64,000 nucleotides of DNA from Dehalococcoidia bacterium (GCA_034433305.1 DAOUAM010000053.1:15145-79144), one strand, 5' to 3'; shown: positions 46,570-55,400, counted from the stretch's first letter. The notes: generated from the letters alone by a model not told the origin. Program-made: numbers and translations.

Positions 46570-48006
46570 CTACATGCCTCGGCAGTTTTGGCAGAGACGC
46601 GCCAGAAGGGGATTGTAGTCTTCAGCCAAAAGGGCAGCGATGCGCCTGAGCATCCCACGGGATGCAACCGGCTCGCCACACCGCTCACAGAGCGCCTCTT
46701 CATCCCGCGCCAAAACCTGCGGGCCGGCCGAAAGCCTGGTGGTGTCGGTAGCCCTGACCAAAGCTATTGCTCCAGAAGCCCTCTCAGGGCACACTGAGAC
46801 GCACAAGCCGCAGCCCGTGCACAGTGCTGGGTCAAACACCAACGCGACTCCATCGCTCTGACGCTGGTATGAAATGGCGCCAGTGGGACACGCGCTGGCA
46901 CAGGTGCCGCAGGCGGTACATACCGCTGGGTCAATCTCGACGAGGCCCAGAGGCGAGTGCGGATGTTCCAGAACAATACGTTGAACGTCATAGCGAGCGG
47001 CCATCTCCGTGACTGCCTTGGCAGCGACCCCGCGACCAAAAAGCTTGACCGCCCTGGCGGCCACCTCGCCAGGAAGTGGCGAAGGCAGAGGCGGCATGGG
47101 TCCGGCGTCCTTGCCCCCGCTCAGCATTCGCACCCTGTTCTGCTCCGAAGCGCCGCCCAGAAGCCCCAAGAGTTTCTGGCAGTAATCTATTCGACTCTTC
47201 ACGGTGCTGCTCAGGCCAGTAGGACAACTTTCGCTACATGGCTGAAGGGCTACGGCGTCGGCCCCTTGTGCCAGCGACTCCAGGACGGCTTCAGCGGAGA
47301 CCATGGCAGTACAGGGCACCTGCACTGGCAGCCAGCCGTCGTCTACCGGTGTCTGGGCCTTCGCACAGACAAAGGCTATGGCCCTGGCTTCCAGGTCGGA
47401 CTCCGCCTTCAGGACGGAGGACACCTGGGCTTCCAGCTCTTGGGCAGACCAGCCAGGGAGTTGCACCGCCCTTTGTGGACACACGGACACGCATATGCCA
47501 CAGGTCTGGCACCTGGCACGGCTGACCACGACTTTATCGCCCTCTTGCTCCAGTGCTCTGAAGGGGCAGGCCCTGACACACTGGTCGCAGCCGTCCCTTG
47601 CCGCGCACCGTCCCCTGTCAATGGTGGGCACAGAGGTATATAGCACGGGCGGTAGCGTGAAGAGTGCACGACGGCTCACCACGTGCTGCGGGGAAGACAG
47701 GACTGCCTTGATGTTTTCTGGCTGAGTGCCTGGGAAGGCCCTGGCGCGGGCAACAGCAGCCGTCAACAACACCTTCGCACGGGCGTTGACCAGCCAGGGC
47801 GGAGCATTCCCACCGCACAGGCCCAGGTCAACTATTTGCATGCCCAGGGGGTCCAGCCCCGCCCTTCTTGCACTGGCCTGTAGCTCGACCTCGAGGGGAG
47901 TCTTCTGGCAGAGGCCCAGCACCAGCCGATGCGCGCTACCTTTCTGCAATGCACTTCTGATGGCCCTGGGTCTGTGGCAAAGGTCTTCGATGAGACCTGC
48001 TTCCAC
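46570..48006 (-). CDS. cytoplasmic polyferredoxin with a central MvhD/FlpD-like module (last gene of the molybdoenzyme operon)
   Basis: 478 aa with no signal peptide. Four 4Fe-4S motifs: CAARDGCDQCVRACP, CQTCGICVSVCP, CTACGTCASACP and CTGCGLCVSVCP. The central segment is FVCAKA...VPCTAMVSAEAVLESLAQGADAVALQPCSESCP. There is a C-terminal CERCG...CQNC pair. Confidence 0.65.
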   Translation of the reverse strand: MEAGLIEDLCHRPRAIRSALQKGSAHRLVLGLCQKTPLEVELQASARRAGLDPLGMQIVDLGLCGGNAPPWLVNARAKVLLTAAVARARAFPGTQPENIKAVLSSPQHVVSRRALFTLPPVLYTSVPTIDRGRCAARDGCDQCVRACPFRALEQEGDKVVVSRARCQTCGICVSVCPQRAVQLPGWSAQELEAQVSSVLKAESDLEARAIAFVCAKAQTPVDDGWLPVQVPCTAMVSAEAVLESLAQGADAVALQPCSESCPTGLSSTVKSRIDYCQKLLGLLGGASEQNRVRMLSGGKDAGPMPPLPSPLPGEVAARAVKLFGRGVAAKAVTEMAARYDVQRIVLEHPHSPLGLVEIDPAVCTACGTCASACPTGAISYQRQSDGVALVFDPALCTGCGLCVSVCPERASGAIALVRATDTTRLSAGPQVLARDEEALCERCGEPVASRGMLRRIAALLAEDYNPLLARLCQNCRGM

Positions 48007-48149
48007 GCCTTTGATCTGTTCGGAGAGCCAGGAGCTCAGCGATGCCAGGTCCAGTCCTGGCAGGGCCGCCTCAGCACCCCGACAGAGGAGGACACGAGTC
48101 AGCGCCGCAGAGGCGCCAGAGGGCTGGGTATTCTGGCTAGTGGGAGTAT

Positions 48150-48944
48150 TCAGGACTCGCCTCCTTCCATCAGAATTTCGCCATTGGCATTCAGGTACTC
48201 AAACAGCACCTCCAGGAACACCGCGTCATGCAGCACGAGGGCGCGGGCCGCCTGCACAGCCAATTCGTAGAAGTGTGCCTGCCCTCGCCGGGACAGGACT
48301 GCGGCCAACAGGGGTATCCACAGGCCGGGATGTTGCTCTATAAAGCTTTTTTGGCGGGCTATTGTCTCCAGCACGCTGTGCAGGTCCCTGGCAGCCCAGG
48401 CATCCTGCTCTTTCTTGCAGAGGAAGGAGACAAACTCAAGCTCCACGGCAGCATGGTCAGCCGGTATGGCACCTTCTGCTGAGGCCGACAGGCCTACCGA
48501 GGCATACTGCTTCTCCAGGTCGGCAATTACCCGGGACAATGCCATGGACTCGGGGGCCAGGTAGGCCGACTCGCACAGGGGGACCGACTGGTGAACCAAA
48601 CTGCTGCCAAACAGGGCCATGTATTGTTGTTGCAGCGCCTCCAGGTTGTCCGGGCCGAGGGCCTCGGTATATTGCAGGAACCGCTCCAGAGGGAGATACA
48701 TGGCTAGCTGGGCTGACCATGAGCTTGTGCGCCTGAGGTGACCGGCCACATGGGCAGCCGCGTCAATAAAGGGCCGTTCCGGATAGAGCAAGGCCGCGCT
48801 TAACAGCCTGTAGGCCCCTTGCCGCAGGCATGCTAGACGCCTGGCATCTACGCTGGCCCTGGCCGGCCGCACACGTCTTGTGACAATCTGGCTACCCACC
48901 ATTGCAATCCGGTGGCGGGCCGCGTGTCCCTGTCTCTCAATCAC
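48150..48944 (-). CDS. TorD/DmsD/NarJ-family molybdoenzyme maturation chaperone
   Basis: 264 aa with YRLLSAALLYPE, QQYMALFG...PLCESAY and PADHAAVELEFVSFL, which is a typical family pattern. Confidence 0.7.
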   Translation of the reverse strand: MIERQGHAARHRIAMVGSQIVTRRVRPARASVDARRLACLRQGAYRLLSAALLYPERPFIDAAAHVAGHLRRTSSWSAQLAMYLPLERFLQYTEALGPDNLEALQQQYMALFGSSLVHQSVPLCESAYLAPESMALSRVIADLEKQYASVGLSASAEGAIPADHAAVELEFVSFLCKKEQDAWAARDLHSVLETIARQKSFIEQHPGLWIPLLAAVLSRRGQAHFYELAVQAARALVLHDAVFLEVLFEYLNANGEILMEGGES

Positions 48945-49152
48945 TTTTCCGCTCCGGGAAGAGCTCGTACACTACAGCGGACAGGAATACCAGGACCACG
49001 CCCAGAATAAAAAGGGTGGGCGCAAAGGGCACCCTCGGGTTGCTGAACCTTTCGGCTGTGGGAAGCCCCAGCGGCGCAGTCAGCAGAAAGTAGCTTATCA
49101 CCGCCAACGCCACGCCAGCGGCCAGAGTGAGCGCACTCAGCACCACGCGCAT
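48937..49152 (-). CDS. 71-aa two-span membrane protein (extra operon subunit)
   Basis: MRVVLSALTLAAGVALAVISYFLL...TLFILGVVLVFLSAVVY has two clear hydrophobic helices. It starts 11 nt after the NrfD stop, and its end overlaps the TorD-like start by 8 nt. Confidence 0.5.
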   Translation of the reverse strand: MRVVLSALTLAAGVALAVISYFLLTAPLGLPTAERFSNPRVPFAPTLFILGVVLVFLSAVVYELFPERKSD

Positions 49153-49163
49153 GTCAAGCCTCC

Positions 49164-50453
49164 CTAGCGTTCCTCACGTACCTCCATGATGGGAAATACT
49201 TTCATGAACAGGATGTACAGCAGAATTCCAAGGGCAAACAGGCCCAGGACGACGGAATACTCTATCCAGTTGGGACTGTAGCTTCCCAGAGGGTAGGGCA
49301 GCAGGTTTCCATGCGTCAGAGAAGGCACTACAATGAGGTAGCGCTTCCCTATAGCCGCCAGGTTCACCAGCACCCCGGCCAGCACGATGAGGGGCAAGAA
49401 ATAGCGCCTTGACAGGGCCTGCCCCGCTGAGATGAGGAAAGCTGCCAGCAGCAGCCCGCCGGACAGCCAGAAGAGCAGGGCGTAGTCACCCGTAAGCAGG
49501 GCCTCACTCAGACGGGCCTCGTGATGGTGGCCTGCGTAACCCGTCGTCAGCAGTTCAGCCAGCAGGAAATATATGTAGATGATGGTCAACACCATCATGA
49601 AGTTGCTGAGCCAGGCGAAGACCTGCATATTAAGCCCCGTCCGCTCTCGGAGCACTCCCCGAAGGATGGCTGCTATCACGATGAGGGCGCCGGTGCCAGA
49701 CGCGCCAGCAAGAATCACAAAGCCAGGGGCCTGGAGTGCGCTGTACCAGCCTGGCCGGCCCACCTGGATGCCAAAGACAAAGCCCAGAGTGGAATGGGCA
49801 GTGACTAGCAGGGGCAGTATCGCTAGCGCCAACCAGAAGCTGGTCCGTGCGTGGCGCTGCCGCTGCTCTGGCGTGTCTTGATAGCCCGCTGCCCACAGGC
49901 GGTAGAACCACTGGAGGCTGTTCCCTCGCTGTGCCATGAGGAACGCATCTCGTCGCCCATCCAGGTAGAAATACACCAGGCTGGCTATCAGATAGCCCGA
50001 GATGACCAGGGTGAAGGTGCCGAAGAAAGGCGACATTGGGCGAGCATACAGCCACAAGTTGATGAGGCCGCGGAGAGGCTGGCCCAGGTCGGCCAGAATA
50101 CTGAAGGCCCCCAGGATAAGGGCCAGGACAGTCAGTAACTCTGCCATGCGGGAAATGGGCCGGAGATGCTGAAGATTCATCACCCGGATAAGGGTAGCCA
50201 CGGCGATACCCGCAAAGCTTATCCCCACGAAATAAACCACAAAGACCACGTAGAGCCCCCAGGGGGCGCCCCCCATGGTACCCAGGTCTCGCATCGCCGT
50301 GACAATGTCCCCTTCCATCACCTGGCGCGAGAAGGCGTAGGTCCCCAGCCCTAACAGGGCCAGGAACGGAAGCATGGTCACGGCCCATCCCAGGCTAAAT
50401 TGGCCTACGCCATAGGGTAACGTCCTTGATTCTGTGCGCGTAGCCATGTTCAC
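49164..50453 (-). CDS. NrfD/PsrC-family membrane quinol-interacting subunit (about ten spans)
   Basis: 429 aa, with about ten hydrophobic segments counted by eye. It overlaps the FeS subunit gene by 4 nt. Confidence 0.8.
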   Translation of the reverse strand: MNMATRTESRTLPYGVGQFSLGWAVTMLPFLALLGLGTYAFSRQVMEGDIVTAMRDLGTMGGAPWGLYVVFVVYFVGISFAGIAVATLIRVMNLQHLRPISRMAELLTVLALILGAFSILADLGQPLRGLINLWLYARPMSPFFGTFTLVISGYLIASLVYFYLDGRRDAFLMAQRGNSLQWFYRLWAAGYQDTPEQRQRHARTSFWLALAILPLLVTAHSTLGFVFGIQVGRPGWYSALQAPGFVILAGASGTGALIVIAAILRGVLRERTGLNMQVFAWLSNFMMVLTIIYIYFLLAELLTTGYAGHHHEARLSEALLTGDYALLFWLSGGLLLAAFLISAGQALSRRYFLPLIVLAGVLVNLAAIGKRYLIVVPSLTHGNLLPYPLGSYSPNWIEYSVVLGLFALGILLYILFMKVFPIMEVREER

Positions 50454-51184
50454 ACCCTCGTTTTCGGCCTCTCTATCTCACGGACCTCGGTGCTGGGTGG
50501 CGTCCCCAGGTAATGGACCCTGGGATGTGTATGCCACTCCTCTTCCAGCTGGAAGGAGCGCCTGTTCCGGAGCAGCCGGGACACGTTGCTATCGGGGTCA
50601 TCCAGGTCGCCGAAGGTAATGGCAAAGGCAGGGCATGCTTGAGCGCAGGCAGTGGTCTGTCCCTTCTCTACCCGATGAACGCAGAAGGTGCACTTCTCCA
50701 TCACACCCTTGACATGCCCGCCTCCCGCGATGCGCCGCTGCTCTGGGCCGTAGCGCCGGTCCAGGTCGGGGTTGTCGTAGGGCGGCGTGTCACCATTGGT
50801 AGTCGCCTGGAGGTCTCTGTCGCTCCAGTCCAGGTACATGTTCTTCTTGGGGCTCTTGTAGTTAAAGTAGTTGACTCCGTAGGGGCATGACACTTCGCAG
50901 TAGCGGCAGCCGATGCACCGTTCCCAGTCCGTGGCGACGATGCCATCCTCCCGCTTGTACCGGGCGCCAACTGGACACACCTTTACGCAGGGTGGATTGT
51001 CGCAGTGCTGACAGGGGCGGGGCAGGAACTGTAGCTTAATGTCAGGGTATTTCCCCTCCTCCAGCCGGAACACGTACATCCAGAAGACGCCCTGGGGAGT
51101 GTTGTTCTCGACCTTGCATGCCTCCATGCAGGCGCGACAACCGAGACACCGTTCCAGGTCAATGACCATACCATATCTGGCCAC
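50450..51184 (-). CDS. four-cluster [4Fe-4S] electron-transfer subunit (PsrB/DmsB/NrfC type)
   Basis: 244 aa with four Cys groups: CLGCRACMEAC, CQHCDNPPCVKVCP, CIGCRYCEVSCP and CTFC...CAQACP. Confidence 0.9.
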   Translation of the reverse strand: MARYGMVIDLERCLGCRACMEACKVENNTPQGVFWMYVFRLEEGKYPDIKLQFLPRPCQHCDNPPCVKVCPVGARYKREDGIVATDWERCIGCRYCEVSCPYGVNYFNYKSPKKNMYLDWSDRDLQATTNGDTPPYDNPDLDRRYGPEQRRIAGGGHVKGVMEKCTFCVHRVEKGQTTACAQACPAFAITFGDLDDPDSNVSRLLRNRRSFQLEEEWHTHPRVHYLGTPPSTEVREIERPKTRV

Positions 51185-51212
51185 GAATGCTCTCCTGATT
51201 CCTGCTCATGCA

Positions 51213-53783
51213 CTAAGTCTTATAGACTCGTACCCGCACGTGGAAGGAGTTATCGGCAGTGTTGGTCACATACCCCTCGCCAGTAAAGAACAGGTTATTG
51301 GGCGTAGGCCCCTGTCCCCTGGCCCAGGGGTGCTTTGCCACCTCGCCGTAGTGGTGGGGCATGCCGACCACATCCGGGCGTATGGCTTCGGTCAGTTCCA
51401 CCCTCACCTGTACACGACGGGTCTCTCCGGTTACAGCGTTATGGGACTCGACCCAGACCAGGTCGCCATCCCTGATTCCCCTGGCGCGGGCTGCCGCCGG
51501 GTTCATGGCGAGCCTTTGCTCAGGGGCTAGCTCTGCCAGGAGTGGTATCTGGGATGCCCGGCTCTGCTTGAACTCGATCTTCTTGAAGCTGATCAGGGTA
51601 AGGTCGTACTCAGTCGGAGACCTCCACATAGTCGGCTCGCGCCAGGTGGGGAAGGGAGTGTAGTCCCTCCAGTAGGTCTCACCAGCGCCCCTGGCTTGCA
51701 TCTCCCGCTGGTAGCGCAACAGGGACTCGCCATACAGGCGCTGGCGAATGCCGCCGAAGGGCGGGGCTTGTGCAGTCCCATAGTACTTCTTGGCAGTCAC
51801 AGGGCCTTTCACCCAGACGCCGCGCTTCTCGAAGTAGCCTATGCCCTCCTCCAGCCCCTGAGACCTGGCCCAGCGGTCGAAAATCTCCCGGACGGAGGGC
51901 TTGATGCTGGTATCCAGCTTGTAGGGGTCTTGCAGGCCCAGCTCCCCATTCAGCCTGTCCAGGAATCCATCTTTGCCGTAGAGAAGGCCCGCCTTCTCGC
52001 AGAGGTCCAGGTAGATATCTATTTCTCCACGACTCCCGAACAGCGGCTCCATGAGGGGAATGCGGAACGTGATAGCATCGGTATAGGTGTCGGTGGCACC
52101 AATAGGCCCTTCATACTTCTCCAGGGTAGCTGCAGGCAGCACCACGTCGGCGAACAGGTCGGCTGTCCTGGATAGCCAGGGGTCTATTACAACCACAAAC
52201 TTGAACCGCTTGTAGGCCTCCAGGAAAACAGGCGCATCGGTGAAGGCCACTCCCGGCCCGTTGGTCATATGCACAATGACCATCTCCGGGAGTCTGTCAA
52301 CCTCGTACTTCTCTGGCTCCAGCATCACCCTGGCTATCATCCCCGGGTTGACGCTATTGATAGGAAAGAACTTGCTATCTCTGAGGGTGTAGTCATAAGG
52401 CGGGTCCTTAATCCTGATAGTGTCCAGGGCTTCGAAGTTGGCGTGCTTTTTCCAGGCGAAGTCAACGCGGAGGCCGCCTACAGCTTCTATAGCCCCCAAG
52501 AGCATGAACACCATGAGCATGGCCCTGGATGCCTGGAAGCCCAGTTCCTGCTGGGACATGTGGTAGAACATCATGGAGACGGGCCTGTAGGGCAGCGTCA
52601 GACCGTCCACCACCACGGTGCTGCCGATCATGGCATTTTGGCCCAGTTCCTGAGCGACTCCTGTGATCTGCTCGGCCGGGATGCCGCATACCCCAGCGGC
52701 CCACTCCGGCGTATATTGTGCCAGGTGTTCCTTGAGAGCCTCAAACACTGGCTTTACTGTCCTGCCTCCCACACTGTAGGTGCCCACCAGGGCTGGCTGT
52801 ATCCCCACGGCATCAGAGGGCTGAAGCGATCCCGTCGCTTCATCCCATACCTGTTCCTTGCCATCCACTCTCAGGAAAGTCCCGTCCTCCTGAAGCAGAA
52901 AAGGAGCATTGGTGAAATGGCGAAGATAGGGCATATCAACAAACCCGTCCCTCACCAGGACGTGGCAGAATGCCAGTGCCAGAGCCAGGTCAGTGCCCGG
53001 CTTGATGGGGAGCCACTCGTCGGCGAAAGTGCCGGCAGAACGCAACCTGGGGTCAATATGCACTATCCTCAAGCCTCGCGCCCGGGCATCCAGGAGTTGC
53101 TGGTTCCAGGTAATAAAGCAGAGCTTGTTGCCGCCGGCGTTGGTTATATTCCAGCCCCATGACAGCAGATAGCGGGTGTAACGGAAATCGGGGTGGGCAT
53201 TGCCGCTAAGGCCGATGGTGTACTCAGCAGCGCGGTAACCGGCATCAGAGCAATAGGTACCGTGGCCTACCTTGGTGGCCCCGATGGCTTTCACAAAGGC
53301 ATTGTCATAAATGGCCTCTTGCTTGCTTCTGCCCTTCTGCCACAGGACAAGCTTGGGGTCTTTGCTGCGCACCTCTTTCAACTTCTCGGCGACCAGGGCC
53401 AGGGCCTCCTCCCAGGAGGCGGAGCGGAACTGCCCAGGTACGCCCTTCTCATTAGTGCGAATGAGCGGAGTCTTCACACGGTTGGGGTCGTACAGGGCCA
53501 TTATCTGTGCCAGGCCTTTGGGACAGAGCGTACCCCGGTTGCGCGGGTGGGCGGGATTGCCTTCCAGCTTTACCACTCGCCCGTTCACCTTGCGGGCCAG
53601 AATGCCACAGTCCTGTTTACCTATCCAGCAGGCAGTTGGGACCCGCTCTTCCAAGACCTGCGCGGCAGACTCAGGCCCCCTGGCGGATAGGGTGAACAAG
53701 CCACCATCAAGCAATCGGCTGGCTAATAGCAGACCCCCCGTTGCCGCACTGCCTTTGAGGAAGGTACGCCGGGTAACCTTCAT
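51213..53783 (-). CDS. Tat-exported molybdopterin (bis-PGD) oxidoreductase catalytic subunit, Psr/Phs/Ttr/Arr-like; substrate unknown
   Basis: 856 aa. Twin-arginine signal MKVTRRTFLKGSAATGG. The FS0 region reads CWIGKQDCG-x26-CPKG. A candidate Mo-ligand region is HGTYCSDAG. AGGGAGG RBS. Confidence 0.85.
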   Translation of the reverse strand: MKVTRRTFLKGSAATGGLLLASRLLDGGLFTLSARGPESAAQVLEERVPTACWIGKQDCGILARKVNGRVVKLEGNPAHPRNRGTLCPKGLAQIMALYDPNRVKTPLIRTNEKGVPGQFRSASWEEALALVAEKLKEVRSKDPKLVLWQKGRSKQEAIYDNAFVKAIGATKVGHGTYCSDAGYRAAEYTIGLSGNAHPDFRYTRYLLSWGWNITNAGGNKLCFITWNQQLLDARARGLRIVHIDPRLRSAGTFADEWLPIKPGTDLALALAFCHVLVRDGFVDMPYLRHFTNAPFLLQEDGTFLRVDGKEQVWDEATGSLQPSDAVGIQPALVGTYSVGGRTVKPVFEALKEHLAQYTPEWAAGVCGIPAEQITGVAQELGQNAMIGSTVVVDGLTLPYRPVSMMFYHMSQQELGFQASRAMLMVFMLLGAIEAVGGLRVDFAWKKHANFEALDTIRIKDPPYDYTLRDSKFFPINSVNPGMIARVMLEPEKYEVDRLPEMVIVHMTNGPGVAFTDAPVFLEAYKRFKFVVVIDPWLSRTADLFADVVLPAATLEKYEGPIGATDTYTDAITFRIPLMEPLFGSRGEIDIYLDLCEKAGLLYGKDGFLDRLNGELGLQDPYKLDTSIKPSVREIFDRWARSQGLEEGIGYFEKRGVWVKGPVTAKKYYGTAQAPPFGGIRQRLYGESLLRYQREMQARGAGETYWRDYTPFPTWREPTMWRSPTEYDLTLISFKKIEFKQSRASQIPLLAELAPEQRLAMNPAAARARGIRDGDLVWVESHNAVTGETRRVQVRVELTEAIRPDVVGMPHHYGEVAKHPWARGQGPTPNNLFFTGEGYVTNTADNSFHVRVRVYKT

Positions 53784-53854
53784 ACTGCCCTCCCTTGCGG
53801 TGCCTTGGGTCCTTCAGACAACGACAAACTGCCCAGGTGCCAGAGTCAGGCACG

Positions 53855-53884
53855 CCAGGCAGCCCCACCGGTGGGGCTGCCTGG
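53855..53884. promoter_or_regulatory. 30-nt perfect palindrome in the leader of the molybdoenzyme operon
   Basis: CCAGGCAGCCCCACC|GGTGGGGCTGCCTGG, located 72-101 nt upstream of the start codon. It is flanked by two further helices that share nucleotides with it (53882-53891/53913-53922 and 53903-53909/53920-53926). Confidence 0.5.
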
Positions 53885-53936
53885 GCCTGTCCGACAACCT
53901 TGATGGTGGTCTGACAGGCCCACCATGATCGGATAA

Positions 53937-53965
53937 ATAATAACCGCTCGCCCTGAGCCTGTCCA
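53937..53965 (-). promoter_or_regulatory. candidate promoter of the molybdoenzyme operon
   Basis: On the minus strand: TGGACA (53965-53960), 17 nt, TATTAT (53942-53937). This implies a leader of about 145 nt. Caveat: the -35 sits in a CCCTGAGCCTG segment that resembles the REP family A core. Confidence 0.35.
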
Positions 53966-54048
53966 GGGGCGCTTTACCAGCCGACGCGCAGTGGCCAGAT
54001 AGGCTCCAGGAACACCCTGGCGCCGGAATGTAATGTAATTCACAAACC

Positions 54049-54087
54049 GTGAGAATCGCGTGAGGAACTGGTGCCACTGTGTGAGGA
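54049..54087. promoter_or_regulatory. three phased GTGAGRA direct repeats upstream of the molybdoenzyme promoter
   Basis: GTGAGAA 54049, GTGAGGA 54060 and GTGAGGA 54081, with start-to-start spacing of 11 and 21 nt (about one and two helical turns). They lie in the AT-richest patch of the 510-bp intergenic region. Confidence 0.35.
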
Positions 54088-54293
54088 TTTCATGAATAGG
54101 GTCTTCAGGCACCGATTGATTCGGTTGGCAAAGAGGGACACGCAGTCAGTGGCCTTGCAAGCCCTTCCCTATTCTCTGTGCTGGCGCGCCAGGGATGTGC
54201 GGCCTCTGTGTCAGGCCCGCAGGTAGGGCCACCCTGGACAGCGGTCGACGCCGGCAGTCCCGGGCTGCTCAAGCCATCCAGACAGCACGCTGG

Positions 54294-55400
54294 CTAGATG
54301 GCCCACTTCTCCACCGAGTAGGGGTTAAGCTCCAGGCCGAGGCCCGGCTTGTCGGGGAAGGGGGACCACATGCCGTCCTTCTGCTGCGGGAACTCGGTGT
54401 ACCAGACGCGGTCGCCTTCCAGGGCCGTGTTCATGTACTCCACTACCTTCAGGTTGGGCGTGGCGCAGGCCAGGTGGAGGTGCACAAGCTGCACGGCATG
54501 GGGCGCCACGGGCAGGTTGAAGGCGTGGGCCATGTGGGCTACCTTCATCCACTCAGTGACGCCGCCCACGCGGCCAACGTCGGGCTGCACGATGTCGGCG
54601 CCGCCGCTGGCGATGAGCTCCTTGAAGCCGAACTTGGTGTACTCATGCTCTCCTGTGGCCACCGGGATGTTGATGGCGGCCCGGATTTCGGCCAGGCCCT
54701 GGATGTCATCGGCCAGGACAGGCTCCTCGAACCAGCCCACCTGGAACTGCTCGAACTCCCGGGCCATGTAGATGGCCTGCTTGGCGTAGTAGCCGTTGTT
54801 GGCGTCAATGTAGATGGCCACGTCGTCGCCCACGGCCTTGCGCACGGCGGCCAGGCGCTGGATGTCCTCCCGCTCCGACTTGCCGAAGTCCTTGCCCACC
54901 TTCATCTTGACGCGCTGGATGCCCTGCTCCACGTAGCCCACCATCTCCTTCACCAGCTCTTCCTGGGTGAAGTTGGTCCAGCCACCGCTGCCGTAGATGG
55001 GCACCGCGTCGGTGTAGGGACCGAGGAGCTTGTAGAGCGGGAGGCCCACCGCCTTGGCCTTGAGGTCCCACAGGCCGATGTCCACCGCCGAAAGGGCGCA
55101 GAAGGCGACGCCCTTGCGGCCATACCCGCGGACGTGCCAGAACATGTCGTTCCACAGCTTCTCGATATTGAGGGGGTCCTGGCCGACCAGCAGGTCCTTC
55201 AGGCCGCCCTCGATGACCTGCCGCACGCCCGGCGACGCCTGGCCGATGCCCAGGCCCTCTACGCCCTGGTCGGTCTTGATGTGGACGAAGAGCTGGGCGC
55301 GCCCGCCAGCGCCAGGCCGCGGGGGCGGTATGGTGGCATCCTGGATGGGCCGCGTGTGAGGATAGAAAAGTACTGTGGTGGAAACGTCGGTGATCCTCAT
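54294..55400 (-). CDS. enolase-superfamily enzyme (mandelate racemase / muconate lactonizing family, acid-sugar dehydratase-like)
   Basis: 368 aa. Metal ligands are in IYIDANNG, WFEEPV and ATGEHE contexts. The N-terminal capping domain begins MRITDV. Confidence 0.85.
   Translation of the reverse strand: MRITDVSTTVLFYPHTRPIQDATIPPPRPGAGGRAQLFVHIKTDQGVEGLGIGQASPGVRQVIEGGLKDLLVGQDPLNIEKLWNDMFWHVRGYGRKGVAFCALSAVDIGLWDLKAKAVGLPLYKLLGPYTDAVPIYGSGGWTNFTQEELVKEMVGYVEQGIQRVKMKVGKDFGKSEREDIQRLAAVRKAVGDDVAIYIDANNGYYAKQAIYMAREFEQFQVGWFEEPVLADDIQGLAEIRAAINIPVATGEHEYTKFGFKELIASGGADIVQPDVGRVGGVTEWMKVAHMAHAFNLPVAPHAVQLVHLHLACATPNLKVVEYMNTALEGDRVWYTEFPQQKDGMWSPFPDKPGLGLELNPYSVEKWAI

Noticed and set aside
53784-53930. 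A Moco riboswitch in the leader of the molybdoenzyme operon.
   Set aside because: The context is plausible, but I cannot recall or recognise the Moco consensus in this sequence. Only generic GC helices are visible. An Rfam scan is needed, so this is reported as unclassified structure instead.
53814-54112. ORFs 53814..54077(-) and 53846..54112(-) inside the molybdoenzyme upstream region.
   Set aside because: Neither has an RBS. Third-position GC is low relative to real genes here, and the translations are implausible. The region is better explained as regulatory DNA.
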